DNA from: Candidatus Bathyarchaeota archaeon
GTDB lineage: Archaea > Thermoproteota > Bathyarchaeia > Bathyarchaeales > Bathycorpusculaceae
NCBI GenBank assembly: GCA_963780185.1
Contig: CAWABA010000011.1
Coordinates: 192,001 to 256,000 of the forward strand
Direction: 5' to 3'
DNA: 64,000 nucleotides
Positions within the stretch are counted from its first letter, which is position 1; every line of letters begins with the position of its first letter. Below, one piece after another: positions 52,024-62,046 of this stretch. The notes under the pieces are model-generated. The model saw only the letters and a program-made list of their open reading frames with translations, was not told the origin of the DNA and did no database searches. The translations under genes and the position numbers were made by a program.

Positions 52024-54258
52024 ATGTTGAAGATTTCCGAGTTGCCCGTTCCAGACGAAGTAAAACAAATCCTGCAGAACATGGGAATCACTGAGCTTTT
52101 TCCGCCTCAGGAAGACACCATACGGGCAGGCGTGTTAGAAGGCCAAAACATCGTGTTAGCCAGCCCAACTGCGTCTGGAAAAACGTTGATTGCGGAACTC
52201 TGCGCACTCAAGCATGTGCTGGAAAAGAACGGAAAGGTAATCTATCTCTCGCCGCTCCGAGCCTTGGCAAGCGAGAAATTCGAGGAATTCGGAAAATACT
52301 CCTCTATAAAAAAGGCGAACGGCAGAAAAGTCTCGGTGGGAATCAGCACAGGCGACTTTGACACCGCCGACAACTGGCTTGAACGCTACGACGTAATAGT
52401 CACCACCAACGAGAAGGCTGATTCGCTTTTGCGTCACCGCGCCAAATGGATGGATGAAATCTCCCTTGTCATAGCCGACGAAGTTCACCTCCTCAATGAC
52501 GCAGGGCGTGGGCCAACCCTTGAAATCGTTTTAGCCCGGCTGCTGCAAGTTAACCCCGACATCCAAATCTTGGCACTGAGCGCCACCATAAACAACGTTG
52601 ACGAAATAGCAGGCTGGTTAAACGCCAAATTCATTGTCACGGAGTGGCGTCCAGTCAGCCTAAAGGAAGGCGTACTTCTGCATGATGAAATCCAATTCAA
52701 AGATGGCGGCTCAAGAAAAGTTGAGCACAAAACCCATATCCCAACAGTAAATCTCGTCTTAAACACGTTGAAGACTGGCGGCCAAGCCTTGGTTTTTGCT
52801 TCAACACGTAAAAACGCGGTTTCAGCCGCCAAAACAATTGCTCAGCACACGGGCGAAGTTTTGTCCAAACCCTTGAAGCGGTCGCTGGAGCATGAAGCTG
52901 AAAAAATCCTTTCTGCGGGTGAGCGAACCCAAATCAGCGACACTTTAGCCGAGCTTGTTCGATGCGGAACTGCTTTTCACCATGCAGGGTTAGCGGGCGC
53001 TCATCGCAAGATGATTGAGGATTCGTTTAAGGAAGGAAAAATCAAAGTTTTAACTGCAACTCCGACTTTGGCTTTCGGCGTAAACCTTCCCGCACGTACG
53101 GTTATCATTCAGGATTATCGTCGTTTTGAGGCAGGCTACGGCAACTACCCCATCAGCGTTTTGGAGTACAAGCAGATGGCGGGTAGGGCTGGACGACCAA
53201 AATACGACAAGGTAGGCGAATCGGTTCTTACCGCCAAAACCTCGGATGAAGCAGACTACCTGATGGAAGGCTACGTTTTAGCTAAGACCGAACGAATTTG
53301 GAGCAGGTTGGCGGTTGAAAAAATCATGCGCGGACACGTGCTGTCAACGGTCGCGTCAGATTTCGCTCATACAGAGAACGGGATTTACGAATTCTTCGGA
53401 AAAACATTCTATGCTTACCAATACGACGTTAAATCCATTAAGAGCATCATCGGCAAAATTTTGAAGTACCTCTACGAAGAGGAAATGATCGCTGTAGACG
53501 GAGACGAAATCTACGCTACAATGTTCGGCAAACGAGTAAGCGAACTCTACATTGACCCCCTGTCAGGCGTCGTCATCCGCGAAGCCTTCAAGAAAAAACC
53601 CGAAGAACCAACCGACTTCGGCCTGCTGCACCTGATTTCTCACATGCCTGACATGGGACCCGTCATGCGCCCCTACACACGGGAAATTGACCCGTTGGCG
53701 CTTGAGTTGGAGAAGCACCGCGACGAACTCTTCACTGAAGTCCCCAACGAGTGGGATGACCGTTTCGCTTTTGAAGAGTTTTTAGGCGAAATCAAAACCG
53801 CATTTGTGATGAAGAGTTGGGTTGAAGAAGTCAGTGAAGAAAACCTGATTCGACAATTCAACGTTCAGCCAGGCGATTTGTACCGCACGATTGAGAACGC
53901 AAAGTGGCTTCTTCACGCAACCGACGAATTAGCATCGTTGTTCGGATGCAAAGAGATTCGTCCCCTAACCAGCGAACTCGTAGAACGGGTTTCCAAAGGC
54001 ATAAAAAGAGAGCTGCTGCCGCTTGTTCGGCTTGAAGGCGTCGGCAGAGTCCGCGGACGCATAATGTTTGACGCAGGCTTCCAAACAATTGATGATGTAA
54101 AAGCTGCTTCAATGGAGGAATTAAGCAACCTGCCGCTTATGGGTCCCAGGCTTGCTAAAAAGATTAAAGAGCAGGTCGGCGGCTTCGTGAAAAAAGACAC
54201 ATGGGAAAAACTCAGCAACGAACAAGATTACAAGCAGCGCGCGCTATCTGAGTTTTAG
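52024..54258 (+). CDS. hel308: Ski2-like helicase Hel308/Hjm
   Basis: PTASGKT, DEVH, LSAT, FHHAGL, QMAGRAGRP, GRVRGR. Confidence 0.95.
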   Translation: MLKISELPVPDEVKQILQNMGITELFPPQEDTIRAGVLEGQNIVLASPTASGKTLIAELCALKHVLEKNGKVIYLSPLRALASEKFEEFGKYSSIKKANGRKVSVGISTGDFDTADNWLERYDVIVTTNEKADSLLRHRAKWMDEISLVIADEVHLLNDAGRGPTLEIVLARLLQVNPDIQILALSATINNVDEIAGWLNAKFIVTEWRPVSLKEGVLLHDEIQFKDGGSRKVEHKTHIPTVNLVLNTLKTGGQALVFASTRKNAVSAAKTIAQHTGEVLSKPLKRSLEHEAEKILSAGERTQISDTLAELVRCGTAFHHAGLAGAHRKMIEDSFKEGKIKVLTATPTLAFGVNLPARTVIIQDYRRFEAGYGNYPISVLEYKQMAGRAGRPKYDKVGESVLTAKTSDEADYLMEGYVLAKTERIWSRLAVEKIMRGHVLSTVASDFAHTENGIYEFFGKTFYAYQYDVKSIKSIIGKILKYLYEEEMIAVDGDEIYATMFGKRVSELYIDPLSGVVIREAFKKKPEEPTDFGLLHLISHMPDMGPVMRPYTREIDPLALELEKHRDELFTEVPNEWDDRFAFEEFLGEIKTAFVMKSWVEEVSEENLIRQFNVQPGDLYRTIENAKWLLHATDELASLFGCKEIRPLTSELVERVSKGIKRELLPLVRLEGVGRVRGRIMFDAGFQTIDDVKAASMEELSNLPLMGPRLAKKIKEQVGGFVKKDTWEKLSNEQDYKQRALSEF

Positions 54259-55589
54259 CTTTTCGCGAACTTTTCCGCCTGTTTAACTGCTGTGCCCAAA
54301 TAGTTCTTCGGGTTTAGCGCCTCGACGATTTCTGCTTCCGAAAGTTTGCCGCTTACGAATTTATCTTGCAGCAACATCTGTTTGAAATCTTTTTTCTCAG
54401 TTGCGCTTACAATCGTGAGTTTACGAAGCATCTCGTGGGCTTCCTGTCTATCGACGCCTTTCTTTGCTAACGCCATCATCACTGACTCCGACATCGCCCG
54501 CCCCTGGGTTATGCTCAGGTTCTGCAGCATCCGTTGCGGGTCAACTCGCAGGTTCGCGACGACATCACACATCAAACTAAGCATGTAGTCGAGCAGAATG
54601 TTTGTTTCTGGAAAAATGAACCGTTCAGCCGACGACTGCGTCAAATCTCTCTCATGCCACGTCACCATGTTTTCGAATGACGGGACAGTGAGGCTTCTGA
54701 CGATTCGCGCTAAACCGCAGATGCGTTCGCATGTTTCAGGGTTTTGCTTATGAGGCATAGTGGAGCTCCCAACCTGCTTGCTTGCTTCAAACGCCTCAGA
54801 AAGCTCGCCGATTTCGGGTCTTTGGAGCTCGCGGATTTCATTTGCAAAATTCTCAAGCGAAGAAGCAACGATCGCGTAGATGCATATTAGTTCAGCGTAG
54901 CGGTCTCTTTGAACAATCTGGGTTGAAATCTCAGCGGGGCGAAGACTTACCCGTTTCATGACGAGGTCTTGGATTTGCTCTGCATGTTCGCCTAAACCTG
55001 CTTGGGTGCCGACGGCGCCGCTTATTTTGCCGACTAAAACGCGGCTTTTGCACTCGCTTAATCGTTCGATGTGCCTGTCGACTTCGTAGCCCCAAACCGC
55101 AAACTTGAAACCCAAAGTAATCGGCAAAGCATGTTGCCCGTGGGTTCTGCCAATCATCACCGTTTCCTTATATTGACCAGCCTGTTTCTGCAGGGTCAAC
55201 TTCAAATCCAAAAGCCGCTTCTCGATAAGAACCATCGCATCTTTTAGTTGCAACGCGTTAGCCGTGTCAACTATGTCGTAGCTTGTCGCTCCCAAATGCA
55301 CGTAGCCGCCGCTTGACCCGCAAACCTCCGCTAGAGCCCGAACCAGCGCGGCGACATCATGTTTAATTTCCTTTTCAATAGCCTTCACGCGATCAACTTT
55401 AACGTATTTTGTGGAAGCCATGGCAGCGATTTTTTCCGCGTCTTTCCTTGGAATATTGCCTACTTCAGCGTGCGCCAAAGCCAAAGCGGCTTCAACGTCA
55501 AGAAGCTTCTGGACACGGGTTTCTTCTTGGAATATTTTAAGCATTTCTGGCGTGCCGTAGCGGCCAGTGTCTATGGGTAGGATTGGCAA
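54255..55589 (-). CDS. purB: Adenylosuccinate lyase
   Basis: KHD, HLGATS, GRTHGQHA, GSSTMPHKQNP. Confidence 0.96.
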   Translation of the reverse strand: MPILPIDTGRYGTPEMLKIFQEETRVQKLLDVEAALALAHAEVGNIPRKDAEKIAAMASTKYVKVDRVKAIEKEIKHDVAALVRALAEVCGSSGGYVHLGATSYDIVDTANALQLKDAMVLIEKRLLDLKLTLQKQAGQYKETVMIGRTHGQHALPITLGFKFAVWGYEVDRHIERLSECKSRVLVGKISGAVGTQAGLGEHAEQIQDLVMKRVSLRPAEISTQIVQRDRYAELICIYAIVASSLENFANEIRELQRPEIGELSEAFEASKQVGSSTMPHKQNPETCERICGLARIVRSLTVPSFENMVTWHERDLTQSSAERFIFPETNILLDYMLSLMCDVVANLRVDPQRMLQNLSITQGRAMSESVMMALAKKGVDRQEAHEMLRKLTIVSATEKKDFKQMLLQDKFVSGKLSEAEIVEALNPKNYLGTAVKQAEKFAKS

Positions 55590-55686
55590 GTTAGTGTTCC
55601 TCAGGGTGAAGGATATGCCAGATTGAAGATTAATGTTTTGTCAGTTAAAACTGCCGTTTGACGCATATTTTGGCTGGGTCGCTTTT

Positions 55687-56421
55687 CTATTTCCATTTTG
55701 TCAGGATTTCTTCTCGGCGGAAAGTGGAGACGCTGAAGTAGAATAATGCCAAGTCAACAATCATGAATGCGCCTGAAATGATCAGCAGGTTTTCTGTGTT
55801 GAGCGTTATCACCCCGATTTCGCCCGCGAGGTAAATAACCATGAAAGGTATGAACATAAGACTCCCGACTTGGTTAGCGGACCGCACGTCACTCACTCTT
55901 GATGAGGTGATTACACTCAACTCTATGCTTAGTACTGCTGCGATAGGGATAAGGAGGAAGATAACGCCGATGCTCCAATTCGGATAGAGCAGGTAACCTA
56001 AGGAGCTAGAGGTTAATTTGTCCATGAGCACCATGTAGATGGAAAGCCCTGCCCACGATGCCGCGACAGGCGGTATGAATGCTGCGATGCTCTTTCCCAG
56101 CAGTATCTCCCCGTCAGTTGTAGGCGTGGCAAGAAGAGGCTCAAGACTCTTCTCAACTTTTTCGCCAACTATGGCATAAGAAGCAATCGCACTGGGAAGC
56201 GTAGCTGCCGCAATCACGAAGAAGAAAGCGAATGCGTTCAGCAATCCTGGAAGAACAGGCGCTGGTATTCCTCCAGACTTCCTTTGTTCGTAAAGAATAA
56301 CCGCAGGAAATAGAACGTCGAGAAGCAGAGGGAAAAATATGGTTCCTATTATGATGCTTCTCTTTCTCTTGAATGTCTTGAGTTCTTTTGCGGCGATAAT
56401 CCATGATGAACTCAGATTCAT
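55687..56421 (-). CDS. ABC-2 type transporter permease
   Basis: About 6 TM; GEKVEKSLEPLLATP. Confidence 0.9.
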   Translation of the reverse strand: MNLSSSWIIAAKELKTFKRKRSIIIGTIFFPLLLDVLFPAVILYEQRKSGGIPAPVLPGLLNAFAFFFVIAAATLPSAIASYAIVGEKVEKSLEPLLATPTTDGEILLGKSIAAFIPPVAASWAGLSIYMVLMDKLTSSSLGYLLYPNWSIGVIFLLIPIAAVLSIELSVITSSRVSDVRSANQVGSLMFIPFMVIYLAGEIGVITLNTENLLIISGAFMIVDLALFYFSVSTFRREEILTKWK

Positions 56422-57338
56422 TCTTTCTCCCTCACAAGCTTAAGGTAAGTGTCTTCCAGGCTGCTGCTGGACACAAAAACCGTTTGAATGTTGCCGCCAG
56501 CCTCAACGATCGTGCGGATAACGGCGGGGTTTTCCCTGAATGGATTCGCAAGTTCAATTGTCAACTTGTTATCATCTCGGGTTACGTTTCCAAGCGACAG
56601 TTTCTTCACTGAATTTAGGATTGCATCGTTTATTTGCTCCAGTTGAATCACAGTTCTCCTTGCGCCAACGGAGCGTTCAAGTTCTTCAGGAGTGCCAACC
56701 GCCATCAGCTTCGTGTTTAATATACCGATTCTGTCGCAGATTCTTTGCGCCTCGTCAAGGTTGTGTGTGTTTAGAAAAATGGTTTTCTTCTGCTTTTTCA
56801 AATCAAGAATAAACTCTCTAACCGTCTTCGCCGATTCTGGGTCCAAGTTCGCTGTCGGCTCATCCATGAACAGAACTTCGGGATTATGAATTAAGGCGCG
56901 TGCGATTGCGAGTTTTTGCTTCATTCCCTTGGAAAATGTCCCAGCCATGATGTCTCTTTTTTCCCACAATCCCATCATTTCGAGAAAATGCTTGATGTTT
57001 TCCTTCTTCTCAGGTTCAGTGCATTTGTAAAGTTTCGCGTAAAACTCCAGGTTCTCATACGCGGTCAAATCTTCGTAGAGGCCAACGTTATCTGGGACCA
57101 AACCGATGATTTTTCTTATTTTTAAGGCGTCAGCCTCGTTTTCAACATCGTAATCCGCAATCCTTGCCGAACCGCTCGTTTTCGAAATCAAGCAGCTGAG
57201 CATCCTCACAGTCGTCGTCTTTCCAGCGCCGTTGGGTCCAAGAAAACCGAAAACTTCGCCGTCATCAACGTGCAGAGTAAGGTTGTCTACGGCTGTTAGG
57301 TCCCCGAATTTTTTTGTTAGGTTTTCTGTGTCAATCAT
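56418..57338 (-). CDS. ABC transporter ATP-binding protein
   Basis: GPNGAGKTT, FSKGMKQK, MDEPT. Confidence 0.95.
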   Translation of the reverse strand: MIDTENLTKKFGDLTAVDNLTLHVDDGEVFGFLGPNGAGKTTTVRMLSCLISKTSGSARIADYDVENEADALKIRKIIGLVPDNVGLYEDLTAYENLEFYAKLYKCTEPEKKENIKHFLEMMGLWEKRDIMAGTFSKGMKQKLAIARALIHNPEVLFMDEPTANLDPESAKTVREFILDLKKQKKTIFLNTHNLDEAQRICDRIGILNTKLMAVGTPEELERSVGARRTVIQLEQINDAILNSVKKLSLGNVTRDDNKLTIELANPFRENPAVIRTIVEAGGNIQTVFVSSSSLEDTYLKLVREKE

Positions 57339-57438
57339 TAGATATCACGGTGGTGGGCGGCTGTTTATATCCCTGTGCTGAGTTCCCATATTTAAACCTA
57401 AATTCAAGAAGAGTTATATCTTAGAAGATATAGGTCGA

Positions 57439-57969
57439 TTACATCTCCATTAACTTTTTGTACATTTCCATGTTTGCCTTTAGTAACGGTATCCCAGATT
57501 CTAAGAGCGCAAGTGCAAATCGGTCCAATTGCTCCTTATATTTTTCCATTTTTGCAATTGCATCGTCATACCGTTCTTTTGTATACTTGAAAAATGGCTC
57601 GACAATTGTTCGCCTCTCCTCCTTAGTGATAAAACTGAAAAAGAGTGCGTGGACTATAAGATCTTCCATATCGGTATTTCTAACTTTTCTGAACTGGACT
57701 GGCGTCGCAACAAGTCGCTTTATTTTTTCCATCCCGTTTTCCGTAAGTTGATACACTTTCTTGTTTGGTGCATTGTACTGCATTTCGATTTTGCTTTTGA
57801 TGAAGCCTTCCTTCTCAAATCGTAATAGCCTAGGGTAGATTGCGCTGTCGCTTAAGTTTGGGTATTGGGCTCCAAAAGAGATCGCTATTCGTTTCTTTAT
57901 GTAATAGCCATGAGCTGGACCTGCCAGTAGGACGCCCAGAACCATTAAGTCGATTTCGTTCTTACCCAT
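57439..57969 (-). CDS. PadR-family transcriptional regulator
   Basis: GPAHGYYIK, IYPRLLRFEKEGFI, KKVYQLTENG; the track's longer N-terminus is antisense to the 58174 gene. Confidence 0.88.
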   Translation of the reverse strand: MGKNEIDLMVLGVLLAGPAHGYYIKKRIAISFGAQYPNLSDSAIYPRLLRFEKEGFIKSKIEMQYNAPNKKVYQLTENGMEKIKRLVATPVQFRKVRNTDMEDLIVHALFFSFITKEERRTIVEPFFKYTKERYDDAIAKMEKYKEQLDRFALALLESGIPLLKANMEMYKKLMEM

Positions 57970-58173
57970 TTTCCTTCTTTCCCCCACCGCTTTAGACACT
58001 GTTTTTCCAGTGAGCTCGGTTGGATTAGGGAACTGCAAATTTGAGTATATAGTTTTTTGCACAAATAGACACGTACGGCTGCTGATATTTTGACGCTGAC
58101 TTTCGGCTAAGTGCAGGGAGAAAATTAATATCGGACGCTTGCCCATGAACTCTGGAAACGTTGGTGTAGAATC

Positions 58174-58389
58174 ATGAGTTTTGGTACCTCTAAAGTGTTC
58201 GGCGGCATTACGGAAGCCTTCATCTTGGCGTTGATGCTTGTGTCTGTTATTGCAGTTTTGGAAATTAACATGGCCATCATGTACAAGGTAAGCATCGTAG
58301 CCATTGTTTTCTCGATGATTTTCTTGATGACCATTGCCTCTCAAATTCTGCGGGAACAAAAAGAAGCACGCAAGCAACAGCAAGCCTAA
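58174..58389 (+). CDS. Small 2-TM membrane protein
   Basis: GGTG upstream, two hydrophobic helices, charged tail. Confidence 0.65.
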   Translation: MSFGTSKVFGGITEAFILALMLVSVIAVLEINMAIMYKVSIVAIVFSMIFLMTIASQILREQKEARKQQQA

Positions 58390-58512
58390 ACCGCACGTTT
58401 TTCCATTTTCACTTTCACTCTACCCTCCCCTGTGTCCAAATGTCGTTTGGACGATGCTTTAAAAAGGGTTAACCGCCGTATTGCCCTCCATGGACAGGAG
58501 TGCAGAAGCGGA

Positions 58513-59271
58513 ATGACTCAAAATTTAATGGCTAAGCCTCTGATGGCGCAGCCGCTGTTTTCTTTAAACATGCCCAGCGTAGACGAGCTTTTCCCAGGAT
58601 TTGCCCCAGGTGACTTCGCGGTTCTCTACGGGTCACCTTCAGTTATTTCACTAACCTCTCTGCTTTGCATCCGTGCACAGTTGCCAGCGCAGCTTGGCGG
58701 CTTAGGAAGCAACGTAGTCTTCATCGACGGCGGAAACACATTTAGGCTCTACAAGATTTCCCGTTTAGCCCAGCTTCACCAGCTGAACCCCTCTGAAGTG
58801 CTTGAACGCATCTTTATTTCAAGAGCATTCACCGCTTACCAGCTAACTTCCCTTATACTTGACAAACTTGAAGAAACCGTAAAGCAATACGACGCTAAAC
58901 TTGTAGTGATTTCCGATATAGCCGGGTTCTTCTTAGACAACGATGTCCCGCATGAAGAAGCACAGAGAGTCTACAGCCAAATCGTTAGTTACCTTTCAAG
59001 CTTTGCCAAAAAACACCAAATAGTCGTCGTCGCAACTTACCTTCCCTACTCTGACAGCCGAAGAAACATGCTGCTTCAAGAAATGACATGCACCAAAGCA
59101 AACACCGTTTTATCCGTCAGCAAAACCATGTACACGAGGGAAGTAACATTGGAGAAACACCCATCTTTCATGTTAGGCACCGCTGAGCTTCCATCCGAAA
59201 ACTTGACGTTAACCGACTTCATGGGCGATGCAAACAAAAATCTTCAAGCTTACACGTTAGGTTGCGGTTAG
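58513..59271 (+). CDS. Inactivated RadA/Rad51-like protein
   Basis: VDELFPG, VVFIDGGNTF, IFISRAFTAYQL; Walker A is degenerate (LYGSPSVISL, no GKT). Confidence 0.82.
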   Translation: MTQNLMAKPLMAQPLFSLNMPSVDELFPGFAPGDFAVLYGSPSVISLTSLLCIRAQLPAQLGGLGSNVVFIDGGNTFRLYKISRLAQLHQLNPSEVLERIFISRAFTAYQLTSLILDKLEETVKQYDAKLVVISDIAGFFLDNDVPHEEAQRVYSQIVSYLSSFAKKHQIVVVATYLPYSDSRRNMLLQEMTCTKANTVLSVSKTMYTREVTLEKHPSFMLGTAELPSENLTLTDFMGDANKNLQAYTLGCG

Positions 59272-59402
59272 CTTAGGTTGTTGAACATGTTTTGAGTGGC
59301 TGACTCTGGCAATTTAAGCTCTAACTTTACAACTTGGGAGAACAGAAAAGTGTAGAATTCATTAGCCATCTCCATTTTGGTTCTTGCTTCTTTCGGCTTC
59401 AT
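59268..59402 (-). CDS. Putative 44-aa protein MKPKEARTKMEMANEFYTFLFSQVVKLELKLPESATQNMFNNLS
   Basis: ATG preceded by AGGGTGGG; stop overlaps the convergent gene's stop. Confidence 0.45.
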   Translation of the reverse strand: MKPKEARTKMEMANEFYTFLFSQVVKLELKLPESATQNMFNNLS

Positions 59403-59655
59403 CGGTTTCCCACCCTTCTCTGTTCAGCTTTTGGGTTTAAGAATTTTATGTTCAGGGATGAGGTAGGTCTGGTGGAGCCGCTTGCTTGCGTGTCGGGTGC
59501 TGTTGCCCTCCAAAGGCTGTTTCGCAGAAAAAAAGTGGTGGCACAAATTGTTTTGAATTATCCGTTGCTTGCGGATATTTATTTCAAATTCATTATGGAT
59601 TTAAACCAAAACGTCAATTATAGAAAAACAATGCTGTGAGGAAACGATTTACCAG

Positions 59656-61350
59656 ATGAAGATACGAACAAAAACAGTTGTTACCATTGCCGTCGTTGCA
59701 TTTGTCTTTTTCATAGGATTATCAACGGTTGCGACCCTGGTCATTCAGCCCAGTTTCAACAATATAGAAAAACAGGAAAGCAACCAGGGTATGACTCAGA
59801 CGCTGAACGCAATCAACTATTCACTTAATCAGATTAGGGGGGATCTGCGGGATTATTCAGACTGGGATGACACCTACAACTTCGCCGAAGACGGAAACCA
59901 AAACTACATTCAGGACAACATGGTTGACTCGACCTTTGAGCAGTTAAACCTTAACCTCATCGTGGTTGCGGATGTTAATGGCTGCTTAGAATATTGCCAA
60001 TCGTTTGACCTTAACAATTCAGTCAAAGTTCAAACTACAGACCAGACTAAACAAACCTTAGAATCCGACAAATCGATTTGGGAGTTCTCTTCCACAGAGG
60101 CAACCGTCTCAGGCATCATGCTGCTGGACAATCAATCAATGCTAGTCGTTAGCGCGCCTGTATTGACAACGACAAATCAGGGACCCATCAACGCAGGAAT
60201 GCTTTTTGGAAGATATCTGGATGCAAAAGAAACCAGCAAACTACAGACAATAACTGACCTAAATTTCTCGATTGATACATTAGCCGATTTTAAACTCAAT
60301 AATAGCCGAATGGCCGATTCATTATTTTCTAATCCGCAGGGTAACCTCTTGAAAGAGAACGGGCGTAGCACCCTGTCAGATTACATGTTAATAGACGACG
60401 TTAACTCGGAGCCGACGTTTGTGCTGCAGGTTACCCAATCCAGAACCGCTTATCAGCAGGAAGTATGGGCAGGAAACATCTTTTTGGTTGCTGCCGTCTT
60501 GCTTACCATTGCTTTCGGCGTGTCCATTTTGATTTTGTTGGAAACAAGCATTATCAAACCCATGATTAAGCTGGCGTCTCAAATTGAAAACATGCCCCTG
60601 AACCCAGATGTGCCTAAGAATAAATCTAAATTCGAAACTGACGAAATAAGCATAATTGCCAACTCAGCGAGCAGTAATCTTAACAAGAAACTTGAAGCAA
60701 TAACTGAAGTCTCGAGGATGGTGGGTCACGACCTTCGGAACCCATTGTCGGGAATCAAGAATGCGGTGTACATTCTGAAGAAAAACTACGGTTCGCAGCT
60801 GGAGGAGAAGGGAAACGCGCAGCTTAAGACAATCGATGACTGCGTTGAATACTCGGACAAAATCGTGCGGGACCTGCTTGAATACTCCACCGTGGCAAGG
60901 CTTGGTCTCACTAAAACGAACCTCAAAAAGCTGATTGACGATTCCTTGTCAACGTTTACTGTACCCAGCAACGTTCAACTAGCAAACGATGTTAAAGACG
61001 ACCAAAACGTGTTGCTCGTAGATAATGGGCAAATCCAACGGGTCTTTAGCAACCTGATAAAAAACGCTTTTGACGCGATGCCTAACGGCGGAAAACTTCA
61101 GATATCCAGCGGCAGAAAGATGACTGGGAAAGTAGCTGTTGCTTTTTCTGATTCAGGCGTCGGCATGTCGGAGGAAACTTTGAAGAAGCTGTGGACGCCG
61201 TTTTTCACTACAAAAGCCAAGGGGTTAGGCGTCGGCTTGTCTATTTGCAAGAAGGTAATTGAAGCGCATGGCGGTACCATCAAAGCCGAAAGCACGTTGG
61301 GTAAAGGAACCACATTCACAGTTCATCTACCAACACACAGCCCAAACTGA
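59656..61350 (+). CDS. Membrane CHASE4 sensor histidine kinase
   Basis: TM-DYSDWDDTY-TM, VGHDLRNPL, NLIKNAFDAM, GLGVGL. Confidence 0.92.
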   Translation: MKIRTKTVVTIAVVAFVFFIGLSTVATLVIQPSFNNIEKQESNQGMTQTLNAINYSLNQIRGDLRDYSDWDDTYNFAEDGNQNYIQDNMVDSTFEQLNLNLIVVADVNGCLEYCQSFDLNNSVKVQTTDQTKQTLESDKSIWEFSSTEATVSGIMLLDNQSMLVVSAPVLTTTNQGPINAGMLFGRYLDAKETSKLQTITDLNFSIDTLADFKLNNSRMADSLFSNPQGNLLKENGRSTLSDYMLIDDVNSEPTFVLQVTQSRTAYQQEVWAGNIFLVAAVLLTIAFGVSILILLETSIIKPMIKLASQIENMPLNPDVPKNKSKFETDEISIIANSASSNLNKKLEAITEVSRMVGHDLRNPLSGIKNAVYILKKNYGSQLEEKGNAQLKTIDDCVEYSDKIVRDLLEYSTVARLGLTKTNLKKLIDDSLSTFTVPSNVQLANDVKDDQNVLLVDNGQIQRVFSNLIKNAFDAMPNGGKLQISSGRKMTGKVAVAFSDSGVGMSEETLKKLWTPFFTTKAKGLGVGLSICKKVIEAHGGTIKAESTLGKGTTFTVHLPTHSPN

Positions 61351-61445
61351 TTTCGCCAAACTCCGCTCGGAGAAGCCAAGGAGTCACCTTCTATGTTGTC
61401 AGCGTTCAAATACTGCTTCTGCATATTGAGAAGAGAGGCATCTAA

Positions 61446-61988
61446 ATGGCTTCATGGATGGAGTACTTCGGCTGGACCCTGTTTCGGTTAATGAGAAAGC
61501 TGCGGATTACGAGGATACTGCGTTTAGGCGTTTCATCTGGGCGGTTTCTGGATTATTTTAAGGGTTTCGAGAAGTCTAAGGCTGTGCGCGGCATCTTCGG
61601 CGACGCAACCGAGGAGGTCCTCAGGAACCTCAGAGTCCAGTTCACTTGGTTTGGGTACATGGGTGTCGACGACAACGACGGGCACTTAATGGTTAACAAG
61701 AGCTACCTCAACAGCGGCGACAAAACCGACATCTACCTCGACGTAGTCCACGAGCTCTGCCACGTCAAGCAGCATCTGGACGGCAAAGAACTGTTCAAGA
61801 TGGGATACGATTACGTCGACCGACCCACCGAAGTTGAAGCTTACCGTTACACGGTGATTGAAGCCAAGCGGCTTGGGTTAAGCGACGAGCGGATCCTTGG
61901 TTACTTGCAGACTGAATGGATGAGCAAAGAGGATGTGGCGCGGCTTGTCAAGAACATAGGAATCGACCTTCACGTCGCCGAGAACTAG
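61446..61988 (+). CDS. Putative zincin-like metallopeptidase
   Basis: VVHELCHVKQ (HExxH) and a downstream EVEAY. Confidence 0.65.
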   Translation: MASWMEYFGWTLFRLMRKLRITRILRLGVSSGRFLDYFKGFEKSKAVRGIFGDATEEVLRNLRVQFTWFGYMGVDDNDGHLMVNKSYLNSGDKTDIYLDVVHELCHVKQHLDGKELFKMGYDYVDRPTEVEAYRYTVIEAKRLGLSDERILGYLQTEWMSKEDVARLVKNIGIDLHVAEN

Positions 61989-62046
61989 GAAAACAAGAAA
62001 GAAATTAAAAAGAAAAAAATTTGTTGCTAATATTTTGGGAAAAGAT

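Noticed and set aside
57970-58383. Long N-terminal extension of PadR
   Set aside because: It is antisense to a plausible membrane gene; the PadR domain starts at 57969
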